From NCBI GenBank assembly GCA_965226375.1, contig CBDDCX010000008.1:1984001-2048000 (forward strand): a stretch of DNA of 64,000 bases, written 5' to 3'. Position 1 is the first letter of the stretch. The number at the start of each line of letters is the position of its first letter. This stretch comes from Longimicrobiales bacterium. Lineage in GTDB: Bacteria > Gemmatimonadota > Gemmatimonadetes > Longimicrobiales > Gaopeijiaceae. The notes under the pieces are model-generated. The model saw only the letters and a program-made list of their open reading frames with translations, made no database searches and had not been told where the DNA came from. A program made the position numbers and the translations under genes. Positions 51,281 to 60,689 of this stretch are shown one piece after another.

Positions 51281-52148
51281 TCAATTCGGCGTGAGCATGG
51301 CTTTGACCCGACGACGGGCCGCTCCAGCCGTTCGACGGAGGAGCTTGGCCACCACATTCTCTGCCCGAAAGTCTATATCCAGGTGTATGGCACGTTCGGA
51401 AAGCGACCGGAGCGCCTCCCGTTCAAGCCAAGGCGTTGGATCGGTTCGTTGCAGCCGCTTCCACCACGACTCGATCTCCTCCTGTCGCATCTGGGTGGTC
51501 CAGTCCCGGCGTATCCAGTTGCCAAATTTTACCGTCGTCACACGTGGGATCGTGGCGAAGGTCAACTCCCGTTGATCGAAAAATTGGCGCCACATATACA
51601 GATCGGACCATTCTCCCGGAGGACGGGGCCGCCAGCCATGGGGAAGACAGCGGTAGGCCGCCATCGTGTGGCCCGCAACGGTCGGCCCGAAGGTGTTGAA
51701 CGCTTCACGCTTCATCAGATCCCGTTGAGCTGGCCGCCTCAGATCTGAAGGACGAGTAAACACGTTCCCGTCCGCGTCAATTTCCGTTTGTAGCGTGTGA
51801 ACGAAATCTGCCGTACGGAGCCCTTCCGCGAGAACCTCCAGGTGGTGGGGCAGCCATAGGTCATCGTCGCCACAATAGCATACCAGGGATTCCGGAGGCC
51901 TCCTGAAGCGCACTATGGCGATGGCGTTCCCCGTGCCCATCGCCCTTACCATTGTCGAAGTAGCGGATCCGTGGGTCCTTCTTGGCCAATGCAGCAACAG
52001 CATCCCGCGTGGCGGATGGAGCCCCATCACTGACGACGCATAGCTCGAACTCGTCTAGGGTCTGAGCCTGGATGCTTCGCAGTGCAAACGGGATCATCTC
52101 AGAATGGTTGTGCGTCGGAACCAGAATGGTGACCAGCGGAGCACTCAC
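51281..52148 (-). pseudogene. GT2 glycosyltransferase with a 1-bp frameshift
   Basis: VTILVPTHN..VVSDG from GTG 52148; YCGDDDLW in another frame; extra base in GGG 51886-51888. Confidence 0.78.
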
Positions 52149-52620
52149 TCTGGCAGCCCCGCCGGTTCGGGCAGCCCCGCCATGCGTCGAAGAGCGGCAA
52201 TCGTCTCGACTACCGAGCAGCCCTCGGCAGCCGTCGAAAGTGGTGGTGGACCGCCATCGAGATACCCCAGGCATACCTCGAGCTCTCGCAGAAGTGGCAT
52301 CGGTCCTGTTGCCGGCAGTCGCTCCTCGACCGCCGACCGCGATCCGGGTGTGCCGATCCTCAAGACGACCTCCTCGGCATAGCTGTCGCCAACCTGGGCG
52401 ACGCCATTCTCGCAAGCCAAAATAATGGATCGTCGAGAGAGCGGATGGTGGGCGGAAACCTCAATTAATACATCCGGCTGCCCACTAGCTCCCAGGCGCA
52501 CGACCAAACCTCCACCGAGAGGTCCGAGGGGGTCCGCAAAAGCCTCACTCGGTGTCGGGATCGAACCGAAGAGATGAAGGACGATCGACAGGTCATGCGG
52601 CAAGAGCGTCCAAATCGGAT
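52145..52620 (-). pseudogene. C-terminal fragment of a Gfo/Idh/MocA oxidoreductase
   Basis: DPIWTLLPHDLSI..PLLREL; the Rossmann domain is absent. Confidence 0.65.
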
Positions 52621-53589
52621 CGAGGTCATCCAAGCTTCAGAGGGCAGCTGCGGCGGCAACCCCATCTTGCCGTAGAGGTCTTCCAACGATTCCCAGTCCA
52701 CCTCGAGGCCTCGGAGCTTCCACTCCGGCCCACGTCGCTTCTCTTCGACCAGCGCGGCACGGCCATTGAAAGCCTCCTTGTCGAGCTTCACCGTCCAGCC
52801 CAGGCCCAGCTCGAAGGGGGATGACTCGCGATCCTCGATGACCGCCCGGTGTGCCGGCACGTAGTCCACGTCGAGGAGAACGAGTCCGGCCTCGATCCGA
52901 GCCACATCAAGGGCCAGGATCCCCGCAGGCGTGATCCCGTAAGGCTCGCCTACCTCGATCAGAGCGTCCCAAAGGCGGGGCGCATCACCGGAGTCCACCC
53001 AGATCTCGTACCCGAGATCTCCGGTATACCCTGTCCGCGTGACGGTCACGGGAATGTCCCTCACCCGTGCGCTAGTAAGCCGGAAAAACCCCAGCGCCTC
53101 CACGGCACCGTCCGTCGCGCTTCCGAGCACGGCGCGCGCGTTGGGACCCTGGAGCGAGAGCGCTGCAAGTGAATCGGAAATGTCCGCGATCTCCACGTCG
53201 AGACCCAGAGCGTTGTCCAGGAGCCAGCGAAGATTCGGCTCGGCTGATGTGAGGCGGAAGGTGCCGTCTGGAAAGTGGGACAGCGTGCCGTCGTCCATCA
53301 CCTTGCCCGCCTCGTCACACCAAGGCGTGTACAGAACCTGTCCGGGCGTCGACCGGGACACATGGCGGGTCACGACACGATCCAGAAAACGCACTGCGTC
53401 GCGGCCCTGAATTTGATACTTGAAGAGCGGTGACACGTCGAAGAGCGCCGCCGAGCTCCGGACGGCGTAGTACTCCCGATCATACGTAAGCTCGTACGAT
53501 CCGGCCGTGATGAATCCAGCCCACCTTCGCCAGTTCTGAGCTTGGCAGAGTGGAGCCGTTCTGGAGTGGAAGGGGGTGGTCCTCAGCAT
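52617..53589 (-). pseudogene. GcvT-family aminomethyltransferase-like protein, 3'-truncated
   Basis: TTPFH, LFDVSPL, GKVMDDG, LQGP, TRTGYTGDLGYEIW, ARIEAG; the C-terminal barrel is replaced by unrelated sequence. Confidence 0.82.
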
Positions 53590-53812
53590 GCAAACCGCGG
53601 GTGAAGGCGTTGGCTTTACCTGTCGTGGCGAGATCTTACGGGTGGACCGACAGGGCGGCAATCGGTGGCTTACCCGCCATCGGGTACCACCTGGGGGCGC
53701 GGCGTCCGGGATCCAGGGCCGGATCGGCAGCCACGGAAGGGCGTAGACCTCGCGAGGACGGCGCCGCGATCCCATGTTTCCAGACCGAATTCGCTCCAAC
53801 AGGGAGACCCTC

Positions 53813-54730
53813 ATGCGCATCGCGGCTCAGCTTTTCGGCCTCGCGCTGCTCGCCACCATCGCGCTCGCACCCATTCCCACCCGGTCGCGGAGCCTGACGG
53901 TTGATCGGACTCCGACATCGGGGCACATCGCCCAGGAGGCCAGCGTCCTGGCCCGATACTCACTCGATGCGGAGCGTCGCGTCCAGTGGGGCCTTCCCAA
54001 CCGACTGAAGGAGATCTCGGGTCTTGCCGTCACCTCGACGGATCGCCTGTTCGCCCACAACGACGAGCGGGCCGTCATCTATGAGATTGATGTGCTGGAA
54101 CAGCGAATCGCCAAAGAGTTCGGCATGGGTGACCCCGTGGTCCGCGGCGACTTCGAAGGGCTGTTCATCCTCGAGGACCGGTTCTTTCTCGTGACGAGCG
54201 ACGGCGTGCTCTTCGAGAGCTTCGAGGGCGAAGACGAAGAACGGCTCGACTACAACATGTACATCACCGGCGCGGGTCGCCTCTGTGAGGTGGAGGGGCT
54301 CGCCGCCAATGTCGAGCGCACACATCTGCTCCTCGTGTGCAAGACTCCCCGGGCCCGAGGGCTGCGATCCTGGGTGACCCTACTTCCCTGGTCCGTCGCC
54401 GAACGGCGCCTGGTTCCGGCGGAGGCGATCCGGTTTCCCCTGAAGGCGTTCGCAGACGTTGTGAAGGGTGACGAGTACAGCCCGTCAGGCCTGTCACAGG
54501 CCCCTGGTAGCGATCACTTTCTCCTGGTCGCCGCAGGGCAAAATGCCATCGCCGAGGTCTCGCTGGACGGTCGTCTGCTGGGCATCGCCTCACTCGACAA
54601 GGGTCGGCATCAGCAGACGGAAGGAGTCGCCTTCCTGTCTGACGGCACCTTGATTCTGGCCGACGAGGGGACCGGTCAACGGGGCCGGTTGACCTTCTAC
54701 CGCATCGGCCCCGCCGCTCCCGGGAACTGA
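53813..54730 (+). CDS. SdiA-regulated/YjiK-like secreted beta-propeller
   Basis: LKEISGL, AHNDE, DFEG, EVEGL, QTEGV, ADEG. Confidence 0.75.
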   Translation: MRIAAQLFGLALLATIALAPIPTRSRSLTVDRTPTSGHIAQEASVLARYSLDAERRVQWGLPNRLKEISGLAVTSTDRLFAHNDERAVIYEIDVLEQRIAKEFGMGDPVVRGDFEGLFILEDRFFLVTSDGVLFESFEGEDEERLDYNMYITGAGRLCEVEGLAANVERTHLLLVCKTPRARGLRSWVTLLPWSVAERRLVPAEAIRFPLKAFADVVKGDEYSPSGLSQAPGSDHFLLVAAGQNAIAEVSLDGRLLGIASLDKGRHQQTEGVAFLSDGTLILADEGTGQRGRLTFYRIGPAAPGN

Positions 54731-54804
54731 ACTGCCGGTGGGCCAAACATCCCGACCGCATGTTAGATTATCCTTCCCACATCCACCGCACTACGAGGAC
54801 ATAC

Positions 54805-55305
54805 ATGGCCAAGAAGAGCTCCTTCGACGTATCCACGGGCATCGATCTCCAGGAGGTGGACAACGCCGTGAACCAGGCACGCAAAGAGATCGCCACCCGG
54901 TACGACTTCAAGGGCACGAAGTGCACCATCGAACTCGATCGAGCCGTGAGCTTGATCAAGCTCGAAGGGGACGACGAGTACCGACTCACCGCGGTCCTGC
55001 AGGTCCTACGCGAGAAGCTCGCTCGGAGAAACGTCCCCCTGAAGAATCTCAATCAGAGCGATGTCGAGACCGGCTCCCTAGGTCGAGCACGGCAGACCGT
55101 TGGGCTCACGCAGGGCATCGACCAGGAAACGGCCAAGAAGATGGTGAAAGCCGTCAAAGACAACGGCTTCAAGAAGGTCCAGGTGCAGATCCAGGGTGAC
55201 GAGCTGCGGGTCACCAGCCCCTCGAGGGACGAACTCCAATCCGTCATGGCATTCCTGAAAGGCGACGATTGGGGAGTGGAACTCCAGTTCGGGAACTACC
55301 GGTAG
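54805..55305 (+). CDS. yajQ: YajQ family nucleotide/c-di-GMP-binding protein
   Basis: SFDV..QEVDNAVNQA.KEI.TRYDFKG..IQGDELRV..LQFGNYR. Confidence 0.95.
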   Translation: MAKKSSFDVSTGIDLQEVDNAVNQARKEIATRYDFKGTKCTIELDRAVSLIKLEGDDEYRLTAVLQVLREKLARRNVPLKNLNQSDVETGSLGRARQTVGLTQGIDQETAKKMVKAVKDNGFKKVQVQIQGDELRVTSPSRDELQSVMAFLKGDDWGVELQFGNYR

Positions 55306-55397
55306 GGCGCCGCCCCCGGACCCATCAGGTCCCTGTTTATTGCGTCCCTACGGCAACGTGCCGTAGACTCCCTGGCCCGATTCTAGATTTGTCTCCA

Positions 55398-56463
55398 ATG
55401 GGGTATTGCCTTAAGTCCACCGCCCACTACATGTTGTGGTCATGGCGGTTCCGGCTTCTCAGCTCCGTGGCGGCGTGGACTATCCCCGTACGCGGCTGGA
55501 GCTGGACGAGTTCTTCCCCGACGATGCGGCATGCCTGGAGTACGTGGAGGGTCTGCGCTGGCCGGAAGGGTTTGTGTGCGTGGGCTGTGGCGGGTTGGGA
55601 GAGGTCTGGCGAGCATCGCGGGGGCGTCTCGTCTGCCCACACTGTCGAAGGCAGACCTCGGTGCTGGCGGGAACCGTGTTCCACCGCACGCGCTCGCCCC
55701 TGCGTCTGTGGTTTCTCGCTGCCTGGGAGCTCACGAGCCAGAAATACGGAGCCAATGCTCTCGGGCTCCAGCGCGTGCTCGGACTGGGAAGCTACAAGAC
55801 AGCGTGGGTCTGGCTCCACAAGCTCCGCCGGGCCATGGTCCGACCGGATCGCGACCAGCTGAGCGGCGTTGTGCAAGTGGACGAGAGCTATGTCGGGGGC
55901 GTGGAGGCTGGAGTGCGGGGCCGCGAGACGATCAAGAAGGCCATCGTCGCGATCGCCGCCGAGGTCGACGGACGCAAGATCGGGAGAATACGGCTGCGTT
56001 GGGTGCCCGACCTCTCCGCTCCGGTTCTGCGAGGCTTCGTCAAGGATAGCATCGCACCGGCAAGCACGGTGCATACCGACGGATGGCCAAGCTATCAGGG
56101 ACTCGCCAAACTGGGCTTTCGCCACACGGTCACGAACCTCTCGACCTCCGGCGATCCCGCTCACGTGCTCATGTCGGCCGTACATCGGGTGGCGTCTCTC
56201 CTCAAGCGCTGGGTCCTCGGAACCCTCCAAGGAGGGATCGCCCGCGAACACCTCCCCTACTATCTGGACGAGTTCACCTTTCGCTTCAACCGACGCACAT
56301 CCCGGGCTCGCGGCCTGTTGTTCTACCGCTTGCTTGAGTAGGCTGTTCAGTGTGCTCCCACGCCAGCTTCGGCCCTTTACCTCGGCACCGGACGTGGGAA
56401 ACGGCCCGCAGAGCCCCGGTAACCACTATATCTTGGGGTCGGTGGACTTAAGGGAATACCCCC
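55398..56463 (+). mobile_element. Full-length IS1595-family element
   Basis: IRs GGGGTATTGCCTTAAGTCCACC / GGTGGACTTAAGGGAATACCCC; flanking direct repeat TTTGTCTCCA at 55388-55397 and 56464-56473. Confidence 0.93.
55436..56341 (+). CDS. IS1595 transposase, probably shortened by a premature TAG
   Basis: Zn ribbon CVGC..CPHC, VQVDESY, HTDGW..Y, YLDEFTFRFNRR; the frame continues past TAG to TAA 56422. Confidence 0.9.
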   Translation: MVMAVPASQLRGGVDYPRTRLELDEFFPDDAACLEYVEGLRWPEGFVCVGCGGLGEVWRASRGRLVCPHCRRQTSVLAGTVFHRTRSPLRLWFLAAWELTSQKYGANALGLQRVLGLGSYKTAWVWLHKLRRAMVRPDRDQLSGVVQVDESYVGGVEAGVRGRETIKKAIVAIAAEVDGRKIGRIRLRWVPDLSAPVLRGFVKDSIAPASTVHTDGWPSYQGLAKLGFRHTVTNLSTSGDPAHVLMSAVHRVASLLKRWVLGTLQGGIAREHLPYYLDEFTFRFNRRTSRARGLLFYRLLE

Positions 56464-56540
56464 TTTGTCTCCATTCCCTTTCGGGCCCCGCCTTGGTGCG
56501 GGAATCTCTCGAGGGCCGTCTCGAAACGGCAGAGTGCCTA

Positions 56541-57191
56541 GTGTCCAATCTTCCTCCGTCTGAGACTTCCGGCTCCCTTGGGTGGAGGTCTTGGATTTCT
56601 CGCGTGCTCGTCGAGTCTATCCTATTGATCGGGAGCATTCTCCTCGCCCTCGCCATGGACGAATGGAGTGAGGATCGCGAGTACCAAGATCTCGCGCACC
56701 GCTCCCTGGCCAACTTCGAGCGGGAAATCGGCCAGAACCGTGTCAGGGTGGAGGACGTCACCCTGTTCCATGCCGGGCTGCGGGACGTCCTGGCCAACAT
56801 GAACGCCGGTAGCGCCCCCGTAACTGCTGCAACCATCAGGAATATCATGGAGGGGTTCCAACCCGCCATTCTGGTCAACACGGCCTGGGAAACGGCAGTG
56901 GCCACCGGCGCCTTGGGATACATGGAGTACGATGTTGTGGCCGGCTTGTCCCTCACATACGGCTTGCAGGAGCGTCTGGAAGCCTTGAACCAGTCGGGGC
57001 TGAACGACCTTCTCGTGGGAGGGTTCCAAAGCGGAGATACCGAATTGCTCGTCTACGCGGCCAACCGCTACATGAGGGAGTTGACCGAGGCCGAGCAACG
57101 GCTGCAAGAGGTCTACGACCTCGTACTGAGCCTGATCGCAGAAACGATCGGCGAGGGTCCAGACACCTCGGAGGCGGTCGCTCCGCCCTAA
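56541..57191 (+). CDS. Hypothetical protein with N-terminal TM
   Basis: VESILLIGSILLALAMDEW..AWETA.ATG helical family pattern. Confidence 0.65.
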   Translation: MSNLPPSETSGSLGWRSWISRVLVESILLIGSILLALAMDEWSEDREYQDLAHRSLANFEREIGQNRVRVEDVTLFHAGLRDVLANMNAGSAPVTAATIRNIMEGFQPAILVNTAWETAVATGALGYMEYDVVAGLSLTYGLQERLEALNQSGLNDLLVGGFQSGDTELLVYAANRYMRELTEAEQRLQEVYDLVLSLIAETIGEGPDTSEAVAPP

Positions 57192-57204
57192 GGCGAGACG
57201 CGCG

Positions 57205-57721
57205 TCACCTCAGCGCATAGCCCTCATCCTCGGGGAGCATTCCGTCAACCCTGATCACCTTCAGATCGGGACCCACCGCCGACGCCGGCACAAAGCCAAT
57301 GGACCCGGGAATGACCGTGACCAGATCACGAAGCATGTCCGTGCTGAACACGATCTTGGGCCCCGACGCTACTTCAGCACGATCTTGGGCCCCGACGCTA
57401 CTTCAGCGCGAAACATCTTGGCGATCCAATACTGTCGGTAGCGGTCCTCACTCATACCGTAGATCTCGTTCAATACGACATCACGCTCGTGGGCGGTCGC
57501 GGCTCTCACCAGGAGGGTGATCCGCGAGCGATCAGGCCAATGCTGCTGCTCGGCCAAGAAGATGCTTTTGAGCTGATCAAGTGTCAGTTCGTCGTGGCGA
57601 CCTCAGGATGGACGACGATGGCGACAGCCTCCCCAACCGTCGCCGTCTGTGCCTCGACCGTATCTGTCAGCAGGCCTGCCGACGCGATCGTGACGCGAGC
57701 CACTAGACCTACCCGTATCAT
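57205..57721 (-). pseudogene. Small PstS-like substrate-binding protein, broken
   Basis: VAIVVHP..DELTLDQLKSIFL..W..YW..PGSIGFV..VDGMLP; 1-bp deletion near 57593 plus a 29-bp duplication. Confidence 0.75.
57349..57406. repeat. 29-bp perfect tandem duplication
   Basis: CACGATCTTGGGCCCCGACGCTACTTCAG x2. Confidence 0.97.
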
Positions 57722-58040
57722 GTTCACGCCTTTCACGTGCCCGCCAGAACGAAGCTGGCCTGTAGATAAAGACTGTTCGATCGTTCTAACCCCTCGAACT
57801 GCTCATTACGAAGCTCGGCTCTCAGAGCCAGGAAGACCCCGGGATCATATCGAATTCCGGCCACGACCCCCTCGTAGTTCAAAGCGAGGGGAGCGAAGAC
57901 GTAGGCTCCCGTCGGTACGTCCACCTCTTCGATCCTGACGTATGGTTTGAGGGACCGCGCAGCGCCCCCCTCTCTGCCAACGTACGTGAGACACGGAGCA
58001 CGCAAAGAATTAGAGTAGGGCGAAGGCAGAGAAAACGAAC

Positions 58041-58490
58041 ATGTTGGGACTGCGAGAGAGAATGGCAGAGAATGGTAGTGCCCCTGGAACCGGGGAGGCC
58101 AAGCGAAGCGCGGCAGCTCCTGCGGACCCGGAGGTAGTAGATAGGCCGCTACGGCGGCGGTTCAGTCCGTCGTACAAGCTGCGGATCGTCGAAGAAGCGG
58201 ACCGGTGCACCGAGCCCGGCGAGGTGGGTCAAGTCCTGCGGCGAGAGGGCCTGTACTCGTCGCACCTGACGACGTGGCGCAAGGCGGCGCATAGCGGGTC
58301 GCTGAAGGCCCTGTCGAAGAAACGCGGCCGCAAGCCGGAGCGAAATCCGCTGGATGAGAAGGTACGCAAGCTGGAGCGGCGAAACGCACGGCTCGGGAAT
58401 GAGCTCAGGAAGGCACACCTGATCATCGACGTGCAGGGAAAAGTTGCGGGGCTGCTGGGGATAAGCCTCGACGACGGGACAAACTCTTGA
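58041..58490 (+). CDS. IS3 transposase OrfA
   Basis: RRRFSPSYKLRIV..LRREGLYSSHL..W; slippery G GGA AAA G at 58436-58443 with the -1 frame open into orfB. Confidence 0.88.
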   Translation: MLGLRERMAENGSAPGTGEAKRSAAAPADPEVVDRPLRRRFSPSYKLRIVEEADRCTEPGEVGQVLRREGLYSSHLTTWRKAAHSGSLKALSKKRGRKPERNPLDEKVRKLERRNARLGNELRKAHLIIDVQGKVAGLLGISLDDGTNS

Positions 58491-59494
58491 AGGCGGCCGA
58501 TGAGCTGGCTAAGCACGTCGGTGTAAAACCGGCGTGCGCGGCCCTCGAGGTCTCCCGATCGACGTTGTACCGTCGTCGAGGCCCATCAACCGGGCAACAG
58601 CAGCCCCGCCCGACGCCCGCCCGGGCATTGAGCGAGACGGAACGAGGCGAGGTCTTCGACACGCTGTGTTCGGAGCGGTTCGTGGACCGCTCACCCGCCG
58701 AGGTGGTGGCCACGCTGCTCGACGAAGAGGTCTACCTGTGCAGCGAACGCACGATGTATCGTGTTCTGGCCTCCGAGGTGCCGGTTCAGGAACGCCGGGC
58801 GCAGCGCACCCATCCCGAGTACAAGAAGCCCGAGTTGATGGCCACGGCGCCGAACCAGGTGTGGTCCTGGGATATCACGCGGCTGCTCGGGCCGAAGAAG
58901 TGGAGCTATTACTACCTCTACGTCATCATGGACATCTACAGCCGCTACGTCGTGGGCTGGATGGTGGCGGACCGGGAGAACTCGGCCCTGGCCGGCCGGT
59001 TGATCCAGCAGAGCTGCCTGAAGCATGGCGTCCAGCCCCGGGTCCTGACCCTGCACTCGGATCGGGGAGCTCCAATGACGAGCCAATGCACCGCTCAACT
59101 TCTCGCTGACCTCGGCGTGACCCGCTCGTTGAGCCGGCCTCAGGTGTCGGATGACAACCCGTTTTCCGAGGCTCAGTTCAAAACCTTGAAGTACCATCCC
59201 TCGTTTCCCGGACGGTTCGGGGATCAGGGCCAAGCCAAGACGTTCTGTCGATCGTTCTTCCGCTGGTACAATGCCGAGCACCGCCATGGCGGCATCTCGA
59301 TGCTAACCCCCGAGCAGGTCCACTTCGGGAACGCCGATCAGGTCATTGCCGGCAGGAAATCCGTGCTCCGCGAAGCATGGGCCGCTCATCCCGAACGCTT
59401 CGTCAGAGGTGTGCCGAAGCCCAAACCGCTCCCGGAGGCCGTCTTCATCAATCCTCCCATCCCTTCCCTCACCACACAGGACATTGCTCTCTAA
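58487..59494 (+). CDS. IS3 transposase OrfB (DDE integrase core)
   Basis: PNQVWSWDIT, HSDRG, DNPFSEAQFKTLK. Confidence 0.92.
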   Translation: MKAADELAKHVGVKPACAALEVSRSTLYRRRGPSTGQQQPRPTPARALSETERGEVFDTLCSERFVDRSPAEVVATLLDEEVYLCSERTMYRVLASEVPVQERRAQRTHPEYKKPELMATAPNQVWSWDITRLLGPKKWSYYYLYVIMDIYSRYVVGWMVADRENSALAGRLIQQSCLKHGVQPRVLTLHSDRGAPMTSQCTAQLLADLGVTRSLSRPQVSDDNPFSEAQFKTLKYHPSFPGRFGDQGQAKTFCRSFFRWYNAEHRHGGISMLTPEQVHFGNADQVIAGRKSVLREAWAAHPERFVRGVPKPKPLPEAVFINPPIPSLTTQDIAL

Positions 59495-60689
59495 TTAATC
59501 CCGTAGAGTGTCCCATTGTCGTTGACAGGTTCCGCCCGGTAACCGATATCCGAACTGGATGTAGTACCCATTCGAACCGGGGAAGTCTCCCGAGCCGGTC
59601 ACAGGGTCGTGGACCACGTGGGCGTATTCGGCGAGGATCTCGGGTGCGTCCCGATCCAACACGGCGTGTAAAGCAAAGATCCGTTCGTTGGCCTGACTCC
59701 CGTCCGGTGCGGAAAGGCGGTCACTGTAATAGCTCGCGCCGACCTCGAGGCCGATAATCGATATGGGCCGCGACCGTACGCCCGCCACCCATGCACGCTG
59801 GCCGTTCACGTCTCCGGCATCCCCGGCCCGGGCGATGTTCGCAGCTCTCCCGTTTCCGACTCCCACACTATAGCCGAGCCCGAGGGGGGAGGAGGGGAGC
59901 CCACCTTCGATCAGAAGGCCGACGAAGTGGGTCGGGAGCAAGCGACTTCCGAACTTGATCATCTCGGGCCGTGCCACCGACGTCTGAAGCCAAGATCCAT
60001 GGTGGAATGCGGCGTTCCAGTATCCGATCGGTGTGTGGAACCGACCGCCACTAACCTTGAAAGCATCAGCGAAAGAGTATCGTAACAGCGCTCGCTCGAT
60101 CTCGATCGAATAGCCGTTGTCCTTCCCCGTGACCGAGACCTCACCGAAGAACGTGAGCCGATCATCCATCTCTGCGATGACGTGGCCCACCATCTGCCCG
60201 AGACGGAAACCCTCCTGTCGGTCCAGCTCGGTAACCAGATAGTTGAAATCACCGAACCCCATGACCCGGACAAAGGAATCGTCGATCTCCTGGCCCGCGA
60301 GCTCAACAGCGGGCAAAAAGGCTGCGACGAATACGCCTAACAAGAATCTACGCATCAGGGGTCTCTCAGCGCCTGTTGGATGTCGTTTTCTGGATCACAC
60401 CTAGCCGTGCCCACCCCCCCGGGCGGACCGACTGATCTTGGCCGGGGCGGACGGTACTAGACGATCGACACCTAAGCAATAGCCATGCGGACATGGACGT
60501 GCGGTGGACCACCGGCGAAGGGCGCGGGGAGAGGACCGAGTGCCACCTGGGCGACTACATGGGTTCGTCACCGCTACAGGATGCGTGGGCACAAGCCGAC
60601 TCGCGTGGCACACCTCGCTGCCCTAGGATCCCGGGCAGAGAGAGTCGATCGACAGACCCCGGAGCGCCATGCAAGCCCGAAAAAGCACA

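Larger units (their letters stand above)
57968..59532 (+). mobile_element. IS3-family insertion sequence, intact
   Basis: orfA/orfB; imperfect IRs TGCCAACG..TGAGACAC / GTGTCCCA..CGTTGACA; CGCCC on both flanks. Confidence 0.9.
57733..60355 (-). pseudogene. Outer-membrane porin-like gene split by the IS3-family element
   Basis: Removing the IS and one CGCCC joins ..QFGYRLPG to AARSLKPYVRIEE..LQASFVLAGT*; signal peptide; GRFHTPIGYWN motif. Confidence 0.82.

Noticed and set aside
52617..53589. True glycine cleavage gcvT with a glycine riboswitch
   Set aside because: No gcvH/gcvP nearby and no riboswitch motif seen upstream; more likely a GcvT-like paralogue.
27696..56341. Amber recoding or pyrrolysine suggested by in-frame TAGs in hisD and the transposase
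   Set aside because: The expected residues differ (Glu versus Gln), each is one substitution from TAG, many intact genes end in TAG, and hisD also has a frameshift.
55869..57191. 440-aa ORF spanning IS1595 and the downstream gene (likewise the 25614 start)
   Set aside because: The N-terminal part is an alternative frame of the transposase; only the part outside the IS looks protein-like.
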